From Octopus vulgaris (taxonomy: Eukaryota): a stretch of 64,000 nucleotides of DNA. The translations under genes and the position numbers were made by a program. Location of the stretch: positions 64,294,001 through 64,358,000 of the forward strand of contig OX597820.1 of the NCBI GenBank assembly GCA_951406725.2, written 5' to 3'. Shown piece by piece: positions 11,103 to 23,985 of this stretch (the first letter of the stretch is position 1; every line of letters begins with the position of its first letter). Below the pieces are notes generated by a model that searched no databases, was not told the origin of the DNA, and saw only the letters and a program-made list of their open reading frames with translations.

Positions 11103-12404
11103 TACACACAGTAAATAATGTTGTCATTAATGATAAACGGATGTTTCCAGCCTCGTTGAGGCCTCGAACAATATCACCATTCTTTCATGTATTTCCTTCT
11201 CAGGCTTTCTTCAGAAATATTGGAGTCAACACACTTAAGTTCTTCCAACGCCATTTACTGTCAAAGTTGACAATTTCAGCCTTCGTCTCTTCACGGGTCC
11301 TCACACGCAGTGAGGGTTTATAACCACTCAAATAAAAATACACAAATGATCAAATATAAATGATTGGTTCCTCAGGGAATCACTTACATGGCTTGTCGAG
11401 CGGCAATACTTAGCAGCTAAATAACCGTTATACCGCAAAGTACTTCTTAATGACGAGAGCGCACTGTAGGCATGAATGATAAAAGGATTTCGCCACCCTT
11501 GGTACTACCTCAGACATGACAACCATTTTTTCATTCTTTTTGTTTTCAGGCTTTCTTCGAAATCATTGAAGTCGGTAGGCCTAATGTTGCCAACATAATT
11601 TATTGTCGAGGTTAATAATTTCAGCCTCTGTTTCTGCATGTACTTTCATAGGCAGTGAGGTTTATACTTGATGTTGACCATCTCTTAGTATGGCAACATA
11701 CCAAAACGAACGAGCCTAGATAGGCCACACAATTATATCAAGTGCCCTCGGTAGATTTCCTCTTTTCCTTGCGTTTGACTCAATGTTTAACACGAATGCA
11801 TGCAACATTGAATTTTTTATGAGTGAAGCATGGATATCTTGCCTCAGTTGCACAGCAGCAGTTAGGTATTGTCCTTAGGCATTCTTGGTCATTTAAAATT
11901 GAAAGATCCTGAGCTAAAATGACGCATAATATGTGATGATTGGGATGCCTGAAGGAAAACATGACATAGCCATTCATAATAGTGGCTCCAAACACGTCAA
12001 TGAAGATTCTCGATGCACCCAAACTTTCTACAACAATGTGTGCGCGTACGTCAAGTAGAACATTGTGAGAATAGATCAACTTTTGCCAATAAGAATTAAG
12101 AATTTGGGATAATTAACAGAACAACACTACTGCGTGTCAATAACTGCGTGAAGTGAATGACATGTATCATTTGGATTGGGTTGCTGACTGTTAACCGTGA
12201 CAGAGATATCTTCCTTTATGTAATTTTTGCAAAGCAGTAGAGATGGTACATTCACAAACCTACTTTTGGGTTCTAAAGTTTTTTAGGAAGCTAGTATACA
12301 GTATACATGATATTTCTTGAAATTTGTTATTGATTGCTCCACGGCATATATATTTATGTAGGTATGTTCTCTCTTTCTCTAACTTTCCATTCTCTGTTTC
12401 TGTG

Positions 12405-12444
12405 TGTATGTATATATATATATATATATATGCATACACACACA

Positions 12445-12523
<79 letters not shown>

Positions 12524-12524
12524 C

Positions 12525-12608
<84 letters not shown>
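12405..12608. repeat. (TA)n/(CA)n microsatellite
   Basis: Direct inspection. Confidence 0.95.
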
Positions 12609-12610
<2 letters not shown>

Positions 12611-12850
12611 TAATGTAACTCATGGAATAGTTGGTCTTGTCGAGTATCTGATTTTAGTTGTATGATTGCAACCTGGAAATACAGCCTATGAACTTGAGTA
12701 TCTATTTATTAGCTTCAGGAATCGTGGCAACAATTATTTTAAATTGATCCATTACCTACGAGTTAGGTATGTAATCTAGGCTTCTACGTGTAATTTGAAT
12801 GAATATCGATTAACGCAATAGCTGTGCATTTGGGCGGACGTGATTGTTTA

Positions 12851-12919
<69 letters not shown>

Positions 12920-13693
12920 GCACTACATACATATGTATGCATGAAGGTAAGTACAATTGAACATATGTATCTACCTATATGTCAGTATCTGTTTATAAAT
13001 CAAATGTTCATATATGAGAATAAACCATCAGCAGACTCTAACACTGTATCTTCATAAAATTTATCTTTGCATTCTGGTCTATTCAATGCATCTGTTAGAT
13101 AAGCAGGGAACTTGCGATGGTTTAAACAGTTGATCTGAAAACCTGCCTAATCATTTGTGTTACCATAGCGTCTGCTCTATCACCGCTGACCTAGGAATAA
13201 CACAATTTTCATCTGACATACAGAAACAGGGGAATATTGAGAAGAGTATATTACCAAAGTACGTAGGTTAAACAGTAAATATAGAGGCAACATCAGTTGT
13301 TCATGTTGTTCGCTGACCACCATATATCACAGTTGACAGTAAATGTATATATTGAATATTTGTGTGTTTGTATATGTACGTACGCATGTATACATGTATG
13401 TATTCAATTTTGGAACGGTAACCTTCAAAATCTCTCTCTCTCTCTCTCTCTTACTATATATATACATACACCTACATGCATAATACATACATACATATAT
13501 ATGTATATATGTACACACACACAAATATAAATACATTCATACGTACGCATGTATGTTCGTACGTACGTAGGTATGTATATACAATAAAGGAAACTAAATC
13601 GAAACAGGCTGCTAAAAGGGTTTGCGTTGCCAAGATTGATATGATCTAGGTAAATAGTAAAAAGAGCACAATAAACTGCCACAGGGAGTAGAA

Positions 13694-13731
13694 ATTTTGA
13701 CGTTTCGGAAAGAGACCTTACTCAAGAAAAT
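13694..13731 (-). ncRNA. Degenerate hammerhead-like motif in a pLTR-like remnant
   Basis: Minus strand: atttt-cttgagtaa-gg.tctcttt.cc-GAAAC-GTC-aaaat. The GAAAC/GTC half and stem I are intact, but the CUGANGA box is corrupted. Confidence 0.35.
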
Positions 13732-13974
13732 AGTTGACAGGAGTCAAATAAAACAGACAAAAGAGCGTCTTTTTAAAACAAAAAATCCTGCAACTTACGT
13801 ACAGATTGTAAACTGAACTGTGTCTGTTCACTTTTACTTCTGTCAAGGTTTCCCTATGGTAGGGCTATATGCTAAATGGTGGAATTTCCACTTCACTACA
13901 TCGACATTATGGCCCGCTGGTGGAATGGCATACGTTATACATTCATATTTTTTTATTTGCCTGCACTAAGCGTA

Positions 13975-14450
13975 GACGTGCCTGTGTGGCAAGAAGCTTG
14001 CTTCCCAACCATATGATTCCGGTTACAGTCCCACTTAGTGACACATTGAGCAAGTGTCTTCCACTATAGCCTTAGAGGTTTGTGAGTGGATTTGGTTGAC
14101 GGAAACTGAAAGAAGCTCGTTGTGTATACATATATATATATATATATATATATATTGTGAGATAGGGAGAGAGAGAGAAAGAAAGAGAAAGATAGATATA
14201 GATAGTTAGATATAGATATATATATATATGTATGTATGTCTATGAGTGTGTCTTTCTATGTGTTTTTCTTCCACCACCGTTTGCCAACCGGTGTTGGTGT
14301 CTTTGCATCACTTTTAGCTAGCTGATTAACGAGATCGCTAGAATAAGCACTAACCTTAAGAAGTAAGGAGTAGGTCAATTCATTCCACTAATTTTCCAAG
14401 TCGGTGCTACAGCATGGCTGTAATACAATGACTGAGACACTTAAAAAATA
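13975..14450 (+). mobile_element. Decayed tRNA-derived SINE (second family, internal microsatellite)
   Basis: Head tgtggcaagaagcttgcttcccaaccatatgattccggttacagtccc; tail ...gctacagcatggctg...aatgactga. Related pieces at about 38178-38335, 41075-41280, 50670-50765, 55390-55535 and 55675-55950. Confidence 0.65.
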
Positions 14451-14744
14451 AGTGACAAAAATAATAAAAATAGTACGTCCACTTTCGATTTACGCAACTT
14501 CTTTTTAAATTTATCTACGAGACTAACATCAGTTAAGTGGCACAATTAACGACCGTTTAAGTGTCAGCCAGCATTCAGTTTCTACTCTCCTTATTCTGGA
14601 CCGAAAACCATCTTTGAGATCTAATCTCATGGACATGAGAAGCAAGTGTTGGACTCTTTTAAGGAACAATAGAAAAAATTAATGGAATATATGGATAATA
14701 TGCTTTCAGATTCATATTCGCGGTTTTAAACGTACATTTGCAAT

Positions 14745-14898
14745 AATAGTAGCAGCAACAGTAGAGATGGTTTTGACGGTGGTGGTGGTAGTAGTGGTGT
14801 TGATCATTGTAGTAGTAGTAGTAGTAGTGGGGGATAGTAGTAGTCAGTAATAGTGATGGTGGTGGTGATTTTGCTGGTGGTGGTGGCGTTGATGGTGT

Positions 14899-14943
<45 letters not shown>

Positions 14944-15612
14944 CAGCAGCAGCAGTAGTGGTGATGATGGTAGTAGTAGTAGTGAGGGTGGTGTGGATTT
15001 GCGTGGTGTTGATACTTGTAAAGAAGTGGAATGTAAATTTTATACGACTAGCAATCGTAACAGTTAATGTGACAGTACATAAATGATGATGACGATGGTG
15101 ATGATCAGGAGGAGGAGGAGGAGAGGAAGGGAGGGAGGTCGAGGAAGGAAGATAAAACGATGGATGGTGAGGGTGATAATATTGTTCGTGTTATTGCTTG
15201 CGATAATGAAAATCTTGCTGCTCCTACTCGTAGTCATGATCATAATGACTTCTGGTGTTGATGAAGATGATGATGATGATGAAATTAGAACGACGACGAC
15301 GATCGTTATAATCATCATCATCATCATCATTATGTTAATGATGGCGATGATCACGATCATGATTATCATGATGACGAGTTTGATGATCATAGGTAACACT
15401 GATACTTACTCATGGTGACTACGGTTCCTGCTGCTACAGCTGATGGTGATGGTGATGATGATAGGGATGACAGCGACGACGAGGATGAGGATAAGGCGTA
15501 GGAGGGTGACGACGATGCTGCTGCTGCTAATACAATCGTTGCTGTTGCAGCTGCTGCTGCTACTGATGCTGCTCTGCTGCTGATGATGATGATGGCTGTG
15601 AAGATGTTTATA

Positions 15613-15654
<42 letters not shown>

Positions 15655-15720
15655 GCGATGAGAATGATTATAATGATGATGATGATGATGATGATGATGA
15701 TTACTATGATGACGATAAGA
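14745..15720. repeat. Compound trinucleotide low-complexity region ((TAG)n, (GAT)n, (GGT)n)
   Basis: Direct inspection. Confidence 0.9.
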
Positions 15721-16403
15721 AAGTAATAAAGGTGGCGGATGGTTTGGTGTCGGTCATAGCAATTTAGAAATACGCTTTGAGAGTTGTTGCATGTGAAATG
15801 AGTGAATGCGAGAGTTATGGAAGATGAAGGGTGTGAAATGTCATGAGTTATTCCTATGTTTAAAATAATGAAATAAACAAATAAGAAACAAATAATACAT
15901 GAATGCAAAAAAAAAAATATTAAAAACAAAACAAAACAACGATAACAACAAATACATGAACCGAAATATAATAAAATAATATGAAACATAAATGCATTCA
16001 TTTAAAATTGTAATACAAGTGAAGCGGGAAATTATGGAAGTCGGGTGAAATGAATTATTATAATCCTGGAAACATTTCTATGTAAACCCCGGGCTGCGTG
16101 TTGATGAGAAGGTGAGAAGGTAACAGAAACGTACACATACGCACGTATAATTAATTATAATCACACTTTCAAACACCTATGCGCGCTTCTGTGTGCGGTA
16201 CATGTGTCTTTACGCATGCGCATGCACTAGCATACATATACACGCACGTAACCATACACACATGTGGAAATGCATACAAACTCGTATGTTATGCTCTATA
16301 TGTGTATCTGTCGCATGTACTCGCAAATATGTTCATAGATATCGACCTCATACACGTACTGATGTATTTGGGCACATGAATACATGTATATATATATATA
16401 AAT

Positions 16404-16454
<51 letters not shown>

Positions 16455-16505
16455 GATAGATAGATAGAGATATAGATAGATAGAGATAGATAGATAGATA
16501 GATAG

Positions 16506-16551
<46 letters not shown>

Positions 16552-17070
16552 GTAAGAGAGAGAGGGGGAGAGAGATGGAGAGAGAGATAAGATATTGACT
16601 TGCAAACAAGCCTGATGCTTTACAAGCAACTTTGAACATCTGTACACAAACACACAAACATATGTTAGCAAGCAAACATACACATATAAACACTTATATA
16701 CGTACATACACAAACACATAAATATACACACATACATACATGCATATATACAAATATACATGAATGAATACATACTCACAGACAAATATGTAATAGTTTG
16801 GGGTATTTTGTTATATTTGACTCGAATCGAAAATCCTGGTATCGTGCATCGCTATTAAGCATAACAGGAAATGTGTGTGCGTGCGCATGATATATCTGAA
16901 ACGTTACACACACAAAAAAGCTGTTATATATATATATTCCTTATTAATATATATGTATGTGTGTGTTTGTGTATGTGGGTGTGTGGGAGTGTACATACAC
17001 ACATATATATATATACATATGCATATATATATATATGTATATATACATATATATGTATATATATATATAC

Positions 17071-17118
<48 letters not shown>

Positions 17119-17143
17119 ATATATGTATGTATGCATGTATTTA

Positions 17144-17189
<46 letters not shown>

Positions 17190-17432
17190 GTATAGGAAAG
17201 AATGGAGCTGAACGAAGATTTAACAAAATTTCTTTATTTTTTCAAATTTCCGCAGTAAGGCACGGATTTTATGCCCCATGGTCGTAACTTCAACCGTGCT
17301 CTTTCTGTTGTGATTTTTGCTACCCAGGTATCGGTTATCATTTGAATTATCCGTAATAAGATAATTCATTTATCTACTTCAATAATCATATACAGCGTCG
17401 CCAAGAAGCTGCTACCTTAACCGATACCGCAA

Positions 17433-19364
17433 ATGGAGTTGTTCGAGATTAACGCGTCCCTTAAGGACATTCCTATACCACCAAAGAAACCTTCCTTAAG
17501 GAAATTGTCTGCAAAACAAATGCATTCATCAACCGGATTAGATGGCTCGCTTTCTTTCATGATAACGAGGATTTAAAACAGAACCGGTCCGTAACATCAT
17601 CCGAATATAAGAAGCTTTTCAAGTCGAGGGAGACGCCACCACCTAACCCCAGACTGAAGAAATTTGAGGACGACTTATGGGGCATTGTAAGGAGCATTAA
17701 ATTCAGGAAGTCGCCCCGTAGGAATGAACACCTTAGATACCTAGGGAAAATTACTAAGGATATCAACAGCTCAGACGGAATCCTGGTCCAATCTGACAAA
17801 ACAAGGAATACTTACAAGCTACCTATAAACCAGTACTTAGAATTACTCAAGAAAGAAATCCAGAAGAACTATAGAACTACAAATAAGAATACACTGAGAA
17901 GAGTTAACTTGGAGATTAAGAAAATTATGGTAAATTATGGGCTTCAAATGAGAACACAACCGCTTAACCCAAGACAACTTAGATTCATCGTTAAGGACCA
18001 CAAACCAAATTTTCACACCAATCCAGCATTAAGGCTCATATGCCCTTTTAGTTCCGACATCGGTTCCATCAGTAAGTACATTTTAGACAAATACATTCCT
18101 AGTTTAGTTAATAAGCTTAAGCTTAACCTTTGGGCGAACTCCTCGCAAGTCGTAAAGTGGTTCTCTTCTATCCCTAATAAAAACAGGACTAATTTCATTC
18201 AGTTCGATATTGCTAATTTCTACCCCTCGATTAACCCTAGTGTACTCAATAAGGCCCTGTGGCATGCACATAATAAGGCAGGCCTCACAAGAGAAGAAAT
18301 TGATATAATTCTAGTCGCCAGAAAATCCTTTATACAGTTTGAAGATAAGTTATGGGTCCGTAAGGATACTCCCAACGAGTTCGATGTACCTATGGGAAGT
18401 TCAGATAGCGTCCAGATAGCCGATTTGGTCGGAATCTATATTCTCTATGAATTATCCGACCAATTCCCGGACATCGGCGGTGGCCTATATCGTGACGATT
18501 GTCTGTTTTACCTACAGAACACCCCGAATAGAATGATACAGAAAACTAAAAATAGATTAGCTAGGTTCTTTAGTAGGATGGGCATGAGCATAGTTTTTGA
18601 TAACGAACTTACCAAGGCAAATCTCTTAGATGTTACACTAAACCTGCATAGCAATTCTTACTGTCCCTACCATAAACCTTCCACAAACCTAAAGTATGCC
18701 AGTGTTTTCTCTAACCACGCAAAAACTATAACAGATAATTTAGTTAAAAATATTTCTCAAAGATTATCAAATTTATCTGCCAACGTCGACACTTTTAAGC
18801 ATAAAGCGGAATTCTATAATGCCGCCCTGTCAAAAGCCGGTTATAGGGAAAAGGTAACATATATAGACCCGGCCCTTCCGAAACCAGTATTCTATCATCA
18901 GGATAAGTCAACTTACAATAATATAAATAATACAAGTAGTGATGATAGCTTTAGGAATGTCGACACAAGTACAACTAACACAAACATAGATAACATAAAT
19001 AATTTGCGGTCCATGGGAGGCCATCGTAGGCCAAAACCCATTATTCAACCCAGAGATACCCCCCTTAATGTTAGAGTTGACTCTCCGAGCCAGTACAAGA
19101 ACAGGAAAAACTATATCTGGTTTGTAATTCCCTTTGGTAAACAAATAAGATCTAACCTACCATTGCAGTTTCGCCAAGCCATTGCCAGAGATTTTCCCAG
19201 AAATTCGAGATATTACTCCACTGTAAATTCGCACAAAGTAAGGATAGCTTTCTCCAATACTAAAAATCTTTCACAGATAATTGCCTCCCATAACAATAAG
19301 CTGCTAAATAAGGCCCTCTCACCCATGAGCAGAGACTCTGCCCCGTCAAATTCCAACATAACGC

Positions 19365-19439
<75 letters not shown>

Positions 19440-20140
19440 GAAGTAGCACAGATATTAGCAGCCTTCATACCAACATTGGAGTTAGTAATAGTAATAAGGA
19501 TAAGAGCACTGATCTCGTCATTAACGAAGGGAGTCCCAACAATAATATTAGCAGCGGTTTTAACAACAGTAGTTTTACGGACATTATCAATCACAGCATT
19601 CCCAGTAACAGGGAATATGCAGGTGATATAGCCTTAAATAGTAATGATAATGGGGTGAATAATATCGAATCCAGCGGTAGTTTTTACAACCATCATAGTA
19701 ATAAGAACGCTGTATTAGTATCGGAAACCAATCCCAATAGATTAAGGTTCTTATCTAGCAACTCCAAAATTAGAAACGCCATTTATCAGTGCAGAGTTTA
19801 TACTGAATCCGATGTCTTCCTTTATATCGGAGCTACATCATCAAAATTAGCCGCTAGAATATCGAATCATTTTTCCACGTTCCGAGATAGGGATAAGCAA
19901 CACGCTACGGGGCTAAGCAAATTAGTCTGGCGTTTGAAGAACGCGAATTCAACTTTTAGACTGGAATGGTCAATTTTATCGGTGTCTTTACCGTTTGATA
20001 AGGGCAAAAAAATCTGTGCCCTTTGTAACTCAGAGCTATTTCAGATTTTGTTCGCCCGAGGGCAGCTTGTTAACTCGATTGTGCAAAAATCTTTCAGATG
20101 CCTCCACTGGAAAAGGCATACCTTTCTCTCATACCAATGA
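17433..20140 (+). CDS. PLE RT + GIY-YIG protein (about 900 aa) with one frameshift near 17483-17488
   Basis: ATG 17433 gives MELFEINASLKDIPIPPK. The -1 frame then continues ETFLKEIV..NRIRWLAFF..FKS..PPP..FEDDL..SDKTRN without stops into the 743-aa ORF (VKDHKPNF, RLICP, FDIANFYPSI, PMGS, LYRDD, LLDV, AIYQC..LYIGAT..RISNH, CALC). Confidence 0.85.
19370..19438 (+). repeat. (AAT)23 in-frame microsatellite encoding poly-Asn in the RT-EN linker
   Basis: 69 bp of perfect AAT repeat inside the open ORF. Confidence 0.95.
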
Positions 20141-20720
20141 AGTCTAATATAGATAACCCCTGGAATTCCTAATAAAATTTGAATAAAATTTGAAAGGTGA
20201 TATCTCATCCCTGTTAGTATAAGAACTACTAGTTGTCAAGAACTACTGCCATCCCCTACAGCAACACTGTATCCTGTCATTGATATTGTGGACACCCTCT
20301 CTCTATTAAGTTGTCACATACGAACACACAGACACAGATTTTTCAGTTTCTTGACTGTTAATCCCTGCTATCTCTCTCTCTTTCTGCCTTCGAAACACAC
20401 TGTCACGCATTCAAAGACGCACACACACATACATTAAGGCAATTTCTCACACTCAAACACTCTAGCACTCATTCTTAAAATAAATCAAATATAAACACCA
20501 GTCATACAGAATACATTCACACTCTTTGATTTTCCTGTACCCCACTTCTGCTAACCGGATTCTGACCTTGAACTATCTCAACGGACAATCTCTTCTGCTT
20601 TCATCCAATCTGGCGTCAACGCATATAGATAGACAGTTTGTATCATTAATTTAATGGGCTCCTCGTGAGCGCTTGTCGAAAAGCGTGTTGTGCATTTTGT
20701 TGGATAATTAAGTTCCTGGA

Positions 20721-20804
20721 TTTTCCTGAAGAGAAAGCTGCAAAATGGACTCCTTATTCAATCGGAATTAGGGACTTTGCAGACTTCGAAACATATGTCG
20801 AAAA
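20721..20804 (+). ncRNA. Type I hammerhead ribozyme with long stem II and palindromic stem III
   Basis: ttttc-CTGAAGA-gaaagctgcaaa...tttgcagacttc-GAAAC-ATAT-GTC-gaaaa. Predicted cleavage after C20799. Confidence 0.85.
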
Positions 20805-21009
20805 AAAAATAAAGGACTTTTGTTAAAGCTTCGTTCAGCTCCATTCTTTCCTATACTTAATATATAAAACTTCAAATTTCCGCACTAAGGCACGGATTTT
20901 ATGCCCCATGGTCGTAACTTCAACCGTGCTCTTTCTGTTGTGATTTTTGCTACCCAGGTATCGGTTATCATTTGAATTATCCGTAATAAGATAATTCATT
21001 TATCTACTT

Positions 21010-21074
<65 letters not shown>

Positions 21075-21276
21075 CAAAATATTACATTATATAATTAGGG
21101 CTTAGTAAAATAAATTACTTTGCCACATACTGAACTTAGTAGAAATAGCAGCCAAAAAAAATTTTTCTTAGCATTTCTACTACTTAAAGAAAATTTCTCT
21201 CAGATAATGTTTACTCCAGACCGCTCACGAAGGTTTGGGGGGTAAATACAGAAAAATATCACAAGTACATAGATCG

Positions 21277-21338
21277 TTTGAGTACGTCAACGTTTCAAGA
21301 TTAGCCAAATAAATCAGCATTTCTTTCGTCAGCTCAAA
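21277..21338 (-). ncRNA. Canonical type I hammerhead ribozyme (copy 1)
   Basis: Minus strand: tttgag-CTGACGA-aaga.aatgctgatttatttggctaa.tctt-GAA-ACG-ttga-CGT-A-ctcaaa. GUA cleavage site between 21283 and 21282. Confidence 0.88.
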
Positions 21339-21842
21339 ATTTCTTAATTTGGATTTGGAAACACTAAAAAGAAGGAACTTTACCTATCAGCGAACTTGTC
21401 ACTTCAGATGAACCACTCCAACTAAACAGTGTCAACAAATTCAAAATGCGCAGGCGTAAAATTCTGCACTCCCCATTCCACCCACGTGGTCTATCTAGCA
21501 AACATTATATTTTAACCGCGAGAACCGAGGCAGTATGACCGAGAGAAATGAATTATAATATCAACAATTGAGGGTAAAATTAATTAAATAATCAATTTCA
21601 CCAAGTCTTCAGTATGTAAAAGGACCATTTAAGGCGAATTCAAAATATTACATTATATAATTAGGGCTTAGTAAAATAAATTACTTTGCCACATACTGAA
21701 CTTAGTAGAAATAGCAGCCAAAAAAATTTTTCTTAGCATTTCTACTACTTAAAGAAAATTTCTCTCAGATAATGTTTACTCCAGACAGCTCACGAAGGTT
21801 TGGGGGGTAAATACAGAAAAATATCACAAGTACATAGATCGT

Positions 21843-21902
21843 TTGAGTACGTCAACGTTTCAAGATTAGCCAAATAAATCAGCATTTCTTTCGTCAGCTC
21901 AA
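21843..21902 (-). ncRNA. Canonical type I hammerhead ribozyme (copy 2)
   Basis: Same motif 565 bp downstream on the + coordinates; 5-bp stem I ttgag/ctcaa. Confidence 0.88.
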
Positions 21903-22311
21903 CATTTCTTAATTTGGATTTGGAAACACTAAAAAGAAGGAACTTTACCTATCAGCGAACTTGTCACTTCAGATGAACCACTCCAACTAAACAGTGTCAA
22001 CAAATTCAAAATGCGCAGGCGTAAAATTCTGCACTCCCCATTCCACCCACGTGGTCTATCTAGCAAACATTATATTTTAACCGCGAGAACCGAGGCAGTA
22101 TGACCGAGAGAAATGAATTATAATATCAACAATTGAGGGTAAAATTAATTAAATAATCAATTTCACCAAGTGTTCAGTATGTAAAAGGACCATTTAAGGC
22201 GAATTCAAAATATTACATTATATAATTAGGGCTTAGTAAAATAAATTACTTTGCCACATACTGAACTTAGTAGAAATAGCAGCCAAAAAAAAAAATTTTC
22301 TTAGCATTTCT

Positions 22312-23225
22312 GTAGCTGAACTATTTTGCATTTTTGAGGGTCGTATGTATCTTTCTTTTTGCCTTCCTTCTTGACTATTTGCGGTTCAAATACAACGTCA
22401 ACTATATAGCTTATGTGGTACGCCTTGTTCACCACCACTAAGTCCGGTCTGTTATCCTCTAGGACCCGATCTATTTGGATTGGGAAATCCCAGAGGATTT
22501 TGCTAGTCTCTGACTCTTCCACTTTCTGCGGCTTGTGCTCATACCACGACTTGCCTCTCTCTAGTCCCACTTTTCGCACAGTTTCCAGTTTAGAAGTTTC
22601 GCCATCTTATCGTATCACGGCAGCTTGTAGTAGCTTGGGGCAAGTCTAAAACATTCGTGATATAGGCAATGGTTCCATCCACTCTATTACAGATGCGGCA
22701 CAGCGGAGACAATTGCTCATTCCTAAGAGTGACCCTGTAATTCGTGACACTATTGTGCTGCCAGTATAGTGCTCACAGTGTCTTTTTCCAGAGTTCCTTT
22801 CTTCAGACAATCCCCGCCTGTTTTACAGCAGGTTCTATTTTTACTATATGGCAATAATTGTGTATAACCTTGCTGCGTAATGGTTCGTCATGTCCTTCAC
22901 GTACTCCTTTTATCGTTATTCAGTTTTTTCTCTGCATTCAATAGACCCTCATTCATAACTGGCTCTAGTAATATTTCGTTATTTTAGTATCTCATTAAGA
23001 TCTCGAGTTCGACACGTTTGCAGTCTTCCACACTTATCAGTTCCCTTCCTCCTTTTGCTCTCTTCACGTGTCTCCACGTGGATGATGGGATCCGTGCATT
23101 GTTAGTAGCTTTCATGTCTTCATGTTCAATTCCTTTAACACCTTCTCTGTCCACTTCAAGATTCTAGCGCCATGCCGAACTACTGCTATTGCACGCGACT
23201 TTATTGCTGAAATTATGTTTCTGAC
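22312..23225 (-). mobile_element. Decayed R4/Dong-like LINE fragment (RT C-terminus to restriction-like endonuclease)
   Basis: ORF 22301..22579: WYEHKPQKV..KILWDFPIQIDRVLEDNRPDLVVV..IVDV, the RLE PD..D motif. Upstream CRIC-type knuckle remnant. Confidence 0.8.
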
Positions 23226-23309
23226 ATTAAAATTTGAAACCAATTTCTTTCCTCACACGCCGCAGGTACTCCTTTTTGTCTTTTCTTTCATATGGTTGTG
23301 TTTTTGTTG

Positions 23310-23370
<61 letters not shown>

Positions 23371-23422
23371 GATATATTATTATTATCATCATTATTATTA
23401 TATTTTATTATTATTATTATTG

Positions 23423-23467
<45 letters not shown>

Positions 23468-23469
<2 letters not shown>

Positions 23470-23958
23470 GAGTAAGAGTGCAGTGCATGCCATCAAAGTG
23501 ACACTGGCGTAAAATATACGAAACCCAGTATACCGATCATGACTACCCGTCTGATAAGGGTACACCAGGCACATGCATCACAACCATATGTGCGCGACAT
23601 AGTGATCTCATATCAAGATAAACAGCACATGACCTTGCAGGTGGGGCCCAGTTAGAATTTTCTTCTGATCGAGTAGCCTATCCCACCCAAAAGGTCCCTG
23701 AATAAGGATTATCTAATGTTGTTGAACGAACTACCCATGTTTACAAAGGTGAATTATCCAAACCTCGATGTATTCCTTTCAACAAACGTCTACGATGCTC
23801 CCCGACTACTTCTGCTCATGATCAGAGATGCACATATCGTCACCCACTAAGGGACATGCTCAACTGGTTATGGTCAAACAACTGACAAACAAGTCTGTGG
23901 TATTGGGCAGAATATTTGTTGTAGGCTATCTTTTATACCAAGACAAACCAATGTACAT
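23468..23958. mobile_element. Unclassified repeat family of about 480 bp, always adjacent to (TTA)n (copy 1)
   Basis: Starts ttgagt.agag.gcagtgcatgccatcaaagtgacactgg. Homologous to 34932-35397 and 35462-35885. Confidence 0.75.
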
Positions 23959-23985
23959 ATTATTATTATTATTATTATTATTATA

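Larger units (their letters stand above)
17184..21013 (+). mobile_element. Near full-length Penelope-like element (Hydra-clade-like) inserted in (TA)n
   Basis: Direct repeat 17241-17383 = 20871-21013; short inverted pLTR piece 17184-17242 matches the reverse complement of about 20803-20861; hammerhead at 20721-20804; (TA)n on both sides. Clade call is from recalled motifs. Confidence 0.9.
21075..22311 (-). mobile_element. Non-coding head-to-tail repeat (565/566-bp unit, about 2.2 copies) with a hammerhead in each complete unit; retrozyme-like or tandem pLTR
   Basis: Unit starts caaaatattacattatataattagggc at 21075, 21641 and 22206. Only a few differences between copies. No ORF of 60 aa or more in the unit. 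Abuts (TA)n at its 3' end. Confidence 0.85.

Noticed and set aside
23549-23575. CTGATAA-ggg motif in the 480-bp family
   Set aside because: No GAAA box or stem III in any of the three copies.
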